From a virus (taxonomy: Duplodnaviria; Caudoviricetes), in the IMG/VR virus record IMGVR_UViG_3300033463_000027, positions 75,525 through 139,524 of that record: 64,000 nucleotides of DNA. One strand, written 5' to 3'. Below the pieces are notes generated by a model that did no database searches, was not told where the DNA came from, and saw only the letters and a program-made list of their open reading frames with translations. This document shows, one piece after another, positions 58,442 to 64,000 of the stretch (within the stretch, counting starts at the first letter, position 1; the number at the start of each line of letters is the position of its first letter). A program made the translations under genes and the position numbers.

Positions 58442-58645
58442 ATGGACGTAGTATTTTACTCTACGGGTTGCCCGAAGTGCAAAGTTTTAAAAGCAAAGCT
58501 TGACTCTAAGGGTATTGACTATACAGTATTTAATGACATTGACAGAATGGTAGAAATGGGAATGACGACTGTCCCTAATCTTATGGTTGATGGTAAGCTG
58601 ATGAATTTTAAGGAAAGTATGGAATGGCTTAACAGCATAGATTGA
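58442..58645 (+). CDS. glutaredoxin/NrdH-like redoxin
   Basis: CPKC and TVP.L.VDG. Confidence 0.88.
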   Translation: MDVVFYSTGCPKCKVLKAKLDSKGIDYTVFNDIDRMVEMGMTTVPNLMVDGKLMNFKESMEWLNSID

Positions 58646-58656
58646 GGTGGTTGATT

Positions 58657-60525
58657 GTGTATTCTGAAAAATACGAAGTATATAGGAAGTATGTTGACTT
58701 TATAAATGGTTACAGGCTTGCAAGCAACGCGGCGACTGGTAGTAAGGTAGATTCTAATGCGAATGTTGAACATAAAAACATTACTACTTGTGCGGGAGAG
58801 TTGGTAAAGAAGATAAAGATAGGTGTCAATAGACTTCTCATGATTGATAAGCTGACTAATATGTACGGTTACGATGTTGCAGAGGAATATATTAGACAAA
58901 TAGAAGCTCATGAGAAATATAAACATGATGAAACAAGTATATACCCTTATTGTGTATCTATCACTATGTACCCCTTCTTGACCGGTGGTTTATCTGATAT
59001 TGGAGGAATATCTTCTGCGCCAACTAATCTCGAATCATTTGCGGGTTCGTTTATAAATCTTGTATTTGCTATTGCAGCTCAGTTTGCAGGGGCAGTTTCA
59101 ACCCCTGAATTTCTTTTGTACATGGATTACTTTATCCGTAAAGATTATGGAGATAATTACATAGAACATCTCGATCAGTATGTTACAACCGATTTTGTTA
59201 TAAGGAAAAGAACACTTAAACAAGCTATTGAGGATAAATTTCAACAAGTAGTTTATTCTTTAAATCAGCCAGCGGCAGCAAGAGATTATCAGTCGGTCTT
59301 TTGGAACATAGCCTACTTTGACCGAAACTATTTCAATGGTTTGTTCGAAGATTTCCTTTTTCCCGATGGTACAGAACCGTGTTGGAAAACACTCAACTGG
59401 TTGCAGAAAAATTTCATGAAGTGGTTTAATAAAGAACGCCTTTCCAAAGTTCTTACATTTCCTGTTGAAACAGTCAATCTTCTTGATAACGGAACATCTT
59501 ATGTTGATAAAGAATGGGAAGATTTTACCGCTGAAATGTACGCGGAAGGTCATTCATTTTTTACTTATAGAAGTAATAGCGTAGATTCATTAAGTTCGTG
59601 CTGTAGACTCCGCAATGAAGTCTCTGAAAACACCTTCTCGTTCACTCTTGGTGCGGGTGGCGTTTCAACGGGTTCAAAGGGTGTTATTACCACAAATGTT
59701 AATAGACTTGTGCAGAACGCAGTACGTAATGGTGAAGATATCTCGGAAGTTATGCGCCGCGAAACTCTAAAGAATCATAAGTATCTTATGGCTTTCAACG
59801 AGATTGTCAAAGATAGCTTTAATGCAAAAATGCTTTCAGTATATGATGCGGGATTTATTGAATTGTCCAAACAATATCTTACACAAGGTATCAATGGATT
59901 TGTTGAGGGGGCAGAGTTTTTGGGTATTGACATTTCTCCCAACGAAGAATATTTTAAGTATGGTGAAATGATACTGAAACCCATCTATGAGGAAAACAAG
60001 AAAGCTAAAACAAAGGAACTCATGTTTAATACAGAGTTTGTTCCTGCCGAGAACCTCGGTGTTAAGAACGCTAAATGGGATAAAGAAGATGGGTATGTAG
60101 TTCCGAGAGATTGCTATAACAGTTATTTCTTTGTAGTAGAGGACGAACATTGTAATATCATTGATAAGCTCATTCTTCATGGCGAAAGATTAACCAAGTA
60201 TCTCGATGGTGGTTCTGCGCTCCATATTGGTTTAGATGAACATTTAACTAAAGAACAATATAAACAGTTATTAAGAAATGCTATCAAGACAGGTTGTTCT
60301 TATCTTACTATTAACGTACCCAATACAATTTGTAACGACTGTGGATTTATCAGTAAGCATAGATTATTGAAGTGTCCTAAGTGCAGAAGTGTAAATCTTG
60401 ATTATCTGACAAGAATTATCGGTTATCTTAAAAGGATTTCTTCGTTCTCCGAAGCCCGTCAAGTTGAAGCTGCAAAGAGATATTACATCAAGAAAGAAGA
60501 TGTGAGCCAATGTCTCAAAGGTTAA
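58657..60525 (+). CDS. nrdD: anaerobic (class III) ribonucleoside-triphosphate reductase
   Basis: PYCV, SSCCRL, PAENL, CNDC..CPKC, glycyl-radical loop TRIIGYL; no ATP cone. Confidence 0.95.
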   Translation: MYSEKYEVYRKYVDFINGYRLASNAATGSKVDSNANVEHKNITTCAGELVKKIKIGVNRLLMIDKLTNMYGYDVAEEYIRQIEAHEKYKHDETSIYPYCVSITMYPFLTGGLSDIGGISSAPTNLESFAGSFINLVFAIAAQFAGAVSTPEFLLYMDYFIRKDYGDNYIEHLDQYVTTDFVIRKRTLKQAIEDKFQQVVYSLNQPAAARDYQSVFWNIAYFDRNYFNGLFEDFLFPDGTEPCWKTLNWLQKNFMKWFNKERLSKVLTFPVETVNLLDNGTSYVDKEWEDFTAEMYAEGHSFFTYRSNSVDSLSSCCRLRNEVSENTFSFTLGAGGVSTGSKGVITTNVNRLVQNAVRNGEDISEVMRRETLKNHKYLMAFNEIVKDSFNAKMLSVYDAGFIELSKQYLTQGINGFVEGAEFLGIDISPNEEYFKYGEMILKPIYEENKKAKTKELMFNTEFVPAENLGVKNAKWDKEDGYVVPRDCYNSYFFVVEDEHCNIIDKLILHGERLTKYLDGGSALHIGLDEHLTKEQYKQLLRNAIKTGCSYLTINVPNTICNDCGFISKHRLLKCPKCRSVNLDYLTRIIGYLKRISSFSEARQVEAAKRYYIKKEDVSQCLKG

Positions 60526-60986
60526 AGTATTTAGGGTATAGTATAGTATTTCAAGAAGTTCCCAATGAAACATCTTTGGCTATAAATATTAGTGGTTGCC
60601 CTCACCATTGTGAGGGTTGCCACAGTAAATATTTATGGGAATACAAAGGAAACTATATATCAGACGATATCGAATCCTTGATTGAACAATACGAAGGCTA
60701 CATTACTTGTGTTTGTTTTATGGGCGGCGATCAAAACTTGAAAGAGTTAAATGAATTATGTCTTACTGTTCATGATTATGATTTAAAGAGTTGCCTTTAT
60801 TCAGGAAGTAATACATTAAAATTGAATGAAGTGCCATTTTTTGACTATGTTAAAACAGGAAGTTACCAACAAGAACGAGGTGGACTTAATTCAAATAATA
60901 CTAATCAGAAAATGTATAGACGAGAACCAAATAGTTTCCACTATACGGATATTACCCATTATTTTCAAACCGCACAGAAAGGATAG
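60510..60986 (+). CDS. nrdG: anaerobic RNR activase (radical SAM)
   Basis: CPHHCEGC, FMGGD, KTGSY, TNQK. Confidence 0.93.
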   Translation: MSQRLKYLGYSIVFQEVPNETSLAINISGCPHHCEGCHSKYLWEYKGNYISDDIESLIEQYEGYITCVCFMGGDQNLKELNELCLTVHDYDLKSCLYSGSNTLKLNEVPFFDYVKTGSYQQERGGLNSNNTNQKMYRREPNSFHYTDITHYFQTAQKG

Positions 60987-60991
60987 GTTGA

Positions 60992-61201
60992 ATGAGTAAA
61001 CTAAAGATAATTAAAAATCCCGATGAAGAGATTGTAAATGAAATTAAAATCAAGTTAAAAGAGACATTGGGTAATTGCCCATGTGTCCTTCCACCTTTTT
61101 GGAATAAAGATACCAAGTGTCCATGCAAAAAATTCCGTGAGCAAGATTACGAGGGCGAATGTTGTTGTGGTTTATACATTAAGGTGAAAGCCGATGAATA
61201 A
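60992..61201 (+). CDS. ferredoxin-thioredoxin reductase catalytic-subunit-like protein
   Basis: CPC..CPC..CCCGLY (CHC-variant) pattern. Confidence 0.8.
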   Translation: MSKLKIIKNPDEEIVNEIKIKLKETLGNCPCVLPPFWNKDTKCPCKKFREQDYEGECCCGLYIKVKADE

Positions 61202-62357
61202 ATGGAAGAACGCCGCAATACCCGCCATACTTCTTCATATTTGTATAGGTTCGGTTTATAGCTTTTCATTATTTGCTAAACCGATTTCAGAATATATCGG
61301 AAAGTCTCAATCGCTTGTACAGTTTGCTTTTTCACTTGCGATTTTCTTCTTAGGAATGTCCGCAGCGTTCGGTGGAGCTTTCGTAGAGAGAAACATACAC
61401 AGATCATCTTTGTTAAGTACGGTATGCTTTTGTGGGGGGCTTGCGCTCACTGCATTAGCTGTACACCTTAAATCGTTACCCTTACTTTACATTGGATATG
61501 GGTTTGTTGGTGGTGTTGGACTTGGCTTAGGTTATCTTAGTCCAGTTAAAACACTTATGCTATGGTTTAAAGACAATAAAGGTCTTGCAACAGGAATTTC
61601 AGTTTGTGCATTTGGTTTTGCTTCAACAGTAGCTTCGCCAATAATTACATTTCTTTTAAATAGAGTATCAATCTCAACAACGTTTTTGATTCTTGCAGGA
61701 CTTTATTTTATTCCTATGATGATAGGACACTTTTTGTTGCAGAAGCCAAAAGACTGGATAGAACCAAAATCAAATGCTGATTTTAAAGCGATCACTATGT
61801 TAAAAGACAAGAAGTTTATAGCCATGTGGTTATTCTTCTTCTTGAATATAACTTGTGGTCTTGCACTAATTCCGATAGCAAGTCCCATGCTTACAGAGCT
61901 TAATGTTAAGCCAACATTGATTGCTCTTGTAGTAAGTATTATGGGAATATTCAATGGCGCAGGAAGATTAGTATTCAGTGCTGTATCTGACAAGCTAAAG
62001 AAAAGAGTGTATATATATTACTTGATTTTCTGTATTTCAATAATTACTGCAATCTTATCTATAATTTCGCACAACTTTTCAATGATAGCTTTAATACTGA
62101 TTTCAGCGACTTATGGCGCGGGGTTCTCATGTATCGCACCTCTGTTGGCTGATTGTTATGGCATGAAGAATATAAGCAAACAGCATGGGTTAATTCTTTC
62201 TGCGTGGGCTTGCGCTGGATTGTGCGGCAATCAACTTGCAATGTTTATTCAGCGCAACACAGGTTCTTACATGAACGTGTTCAAGGTAACTGCGGTTCTG
62301 TACCTTATAGCTCTTGCAGTGGCTTTTATCAACCTCAACAAGACCAAGACAAACTAA
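61194..62357 (+). CDS. MFS transporter, oxalate/formate antiporter (OFA) family
   Basis: About 12 hydrophobic segments; IGSVYSFSLF, WFKDNKGLATG, FNGAGRL..SD motifs. Confidence 0.85.
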   Translation: MNKWKNAAIPAILLHICIGSVYSFSLFAKPISEYIGKSQSLVQFAFSLAIFFLGMSAAFGGAFVERNIHRSSLLSTVCFCGGLALTALAVHLKSLPLLYIGYGFVGGVGLGLGYLSPVKTLMLWFKDNKGLATGISVCAFGFASTVASPIITFLLNRVSISTTFLILAGLYFIPMMIGHFLLQKPKDWIEPKSNADFKAITMLKDKKFIAMWLFFFLNITCGLALIPIASPMLTELNVKPTLIALVVSIMGIFNGAGRLVFSAVSDKLKKRVYIYYLIFCISIITAILSIISHNFSMIALILISATYGAGFSCIAPLLADCYGMKNISKQHGLILSAWACAGLCGNQLAMFIQRNTGSYMNVFKVTAVLYLIALAVAFINLNKTKTN

Positions 62358-62432
62358 TCAAATTGAATAATCACCGCCCAACACTATTCGTTGGGTGTGT
62401 GGTTATTATAAAAGGAGTGATACATCTTGTCA

Positions 62433-62840
62433 ATGATTCCAATACTTTTACTTATTATAACACTATTGCTTTTGCTACTTTTGGTTTCAGTATTGATTTA
62501 CGGTTTAGTTACAACACCATCTACCATTCCTTTAAAGGTTTTATTTGTTGCAGTATCGTTATTCTGTTTTGCCGTTTGTATGAATTTAATTACCACTCAA
62601 CTCATTGCAAGAAACCAAGTACAGCCAATAGAAGTAGTTAAAAAGGTAGATTTAACTTACAACCCCGATTATCCCAATTACATAATTATTTTCAGACTCA
62701 CCGAGGACAAGCTGGGGCGTAACCAATTATACAAAGCTGAAATAAACAATCATTCAGCAAGGAATTATTCGGAGGGTGAGACATATTATAAAACGCTTTA
62801 TGATATGTTTAAGTTTTCGGATATTAGAAAAATAATATAG
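62433..62840 (+). CDS. membrane protein
   Basis: Two N-terminal TM helices, AAGGAG RBS. Confidence 0.6.
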   Translation: MIPILLLIITLLLLLLLVSVLIYGLVTTPSTIPLKVLFVAVSLFCFAVCMNLITTQLIARNQVQPIEVVKKVDLTYNPDYPNYIIIFRLTEDKLGRNQLYKAEINNHSARNYSEGETYYKTLYDMFKFSDIRKII

Positions 62841-62866
62841 TAGTAGTGGGTGGGTAGGCAAATACA

Positions 62867-63217
62867 ATGAAAAATATATGCAAATCCAAAGTAGCCAAAG
62901 CATATCATAGGCATCACAATATAAATCGGTATTGGCTTTTAGTTTCTGTACTACTAATAATCGTAGGAACAATAGTAGCTATGGAGATTGGTGTGCTTTA
63001 CGAAGAAAAGGTTATAAGTGATATACAATTAGCTGCGATCATAGTTGGTATAGCGTTCATTTGCTTTGCTGTTATGATTATAATTGGCTCGTACAATGAG
63101 TTATATTTAGAGGAAGATTTAATCGACTTTGATAGATTTGCAAAAAAGTACAATCTTATCAAAGGACAACGTGAATACAAGCGTAGAGAAAGGAAGAATA
63201 AAAAATGGCTGATGTAA
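62867..63217 (+). CDS. membrane protein
   Basis: Two TM helices. Confidence 0.6.
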   Translation: MKNICKSKVAKAYHRHHNINRYWLLVSVLLIIVGTIVAMEIGVLYEEKVISDIQLAAIIVGIAFICFAVMIIIGSYNELYLEEDLIDFDRFAKKYNLIKGQREYKRRERKNKKWLM

Positions 63218-63651
63218 AAGCATTAACTGACTTTGAAAAGTTCAAAGAGCTATTCAAGGAAATTGGTTGTGAATATATCATTCATCTTTTTCCTGATTGT
63301 ATTTATATTGATATTGATCCAATATTAGCAGATGGTAATTTAAGTGTGGAATTTGACAGACAAGGTAAGTTTAAGAGATTTGTGACGGAGTAAAAAAAAA
63401 TGAGCGAGATGAGAACAGAATTTATAAAACAAACGCAAATGCAAAAGCAAAGAGTAGAGTTCGGATTTGATGCGCCAATTGATTGGACACCGGGGAAAGG
63501 TGCTTGTTGGATTGATTGTCCTTTTTCGGTATGTACTTCTTTTGGACATAGGTGTAAAGCGTTAGTTGATAATCAGTGTCCTTTTACGGAGAATGTAGAA
63601 ACATTTTATTACGATGACACAACAGATATAGAGGATAAAATGTAATTAGAG

Positions 63652-63870
63652 GTGGCTAATATAAATTTCTACGAGATACATCCTTGTCCCAAATGCAAGG
63701 GTAATGGTAAAGCAAGATTAGTAGGCGATCTGAAAGATGGTTACATTATAGAGTGTAACGACTGCGGCTACATTGCGGCAAACTATAATGAAGCTCGTTT
63801 CACTCTTTTGGGAGCAATCAGATTATGGAATAAGAAATGTAAGTTAAGTAAGGAGCGTGATTCCAATTAA
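63652..63870 (+). CDS. Lar-like zinc-finger protein
   Basis: PCPKC..ECNDC..AIRLWN. Confidence 0.65.
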   Translation: MANINFYEIHPCPKCKGNGKARLVGDLKDGYIIECNDCGYIAANYNEARFTLLGAIRLWNKKCKLSKERDSN

Positions 63871-64000
63871 GTACATGGGTTCAAAGAGCAGGATAGCAAA
63901 ATACATAGTTCCTATTTTGCAAAAAGAGATAGACGATAACAATATTAAAACATACCTCGAACCATTTGTGGGGGGGGGGGGGGGGCAAATTTAATAGAAA
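63857..64000 (+). CDS. Dam-family adenine methyltransferase, 5' part, out of frame at a G16 tract
   Basis: KYMGSKSRIAK..YLEPFVGG; after G16 the frame stops at 63992 while the expected ANLIE lies in another frame. Confidence 0.85.

Noticed and set aside
37631-60525. Introns or inteins in dnaE, recD2 or nrdD, and stop-codon recoding
   Set aside because: These ORFs are continuous and of normal length under the standard code; the two homing endonucleases are free-standing.

Overview
This window is the early, regulatory, replication and nucleotide-metabolism arm of a large, AT-rich, probably temperate phage of a Firmicutes host, most likely Clostridia. The gene order resembles SPbeta-like phages: MrpR-like repressor, tRNA cluster, SSB, Sak4-like ATPase, DnaB, primase, RecJ, DnaE, RecD2, DNA methyltransferases, NrdDG. 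No virion genes are present and nearly all genes lie on the + strand. The standout locus is 12835-14354. A stand-alone RAMP/Cas7-like gene is followed by a 433-bp non-coding array of 74 in-phase GTT-NN pentamers, cut into six units by a 9-nt GTATTATAA separator, and then by a winged-helix-like gene. I interpret it as a candidate non-CRISPR RNA-guided system whose specificity is written in the interleaved dinucleotides. Other notable features: G/C homopolymer tracts concentrated in DNA-modification genes (candidate phage phasevarion, two genes currently out of frame); an intact IscB/omegaRNA element with a reconstructable empty site; two TnpB elements; a type III ToxIN locus; two orphan MazF-like genes; atypical tRNAs and candidate ncRNAs; three families of repeated intergenic motifs; and an nrdDG operon carrying an oxalate/formate-antiporter-family transporter. 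All product calls come from motif recognition by eye; no searches were run.
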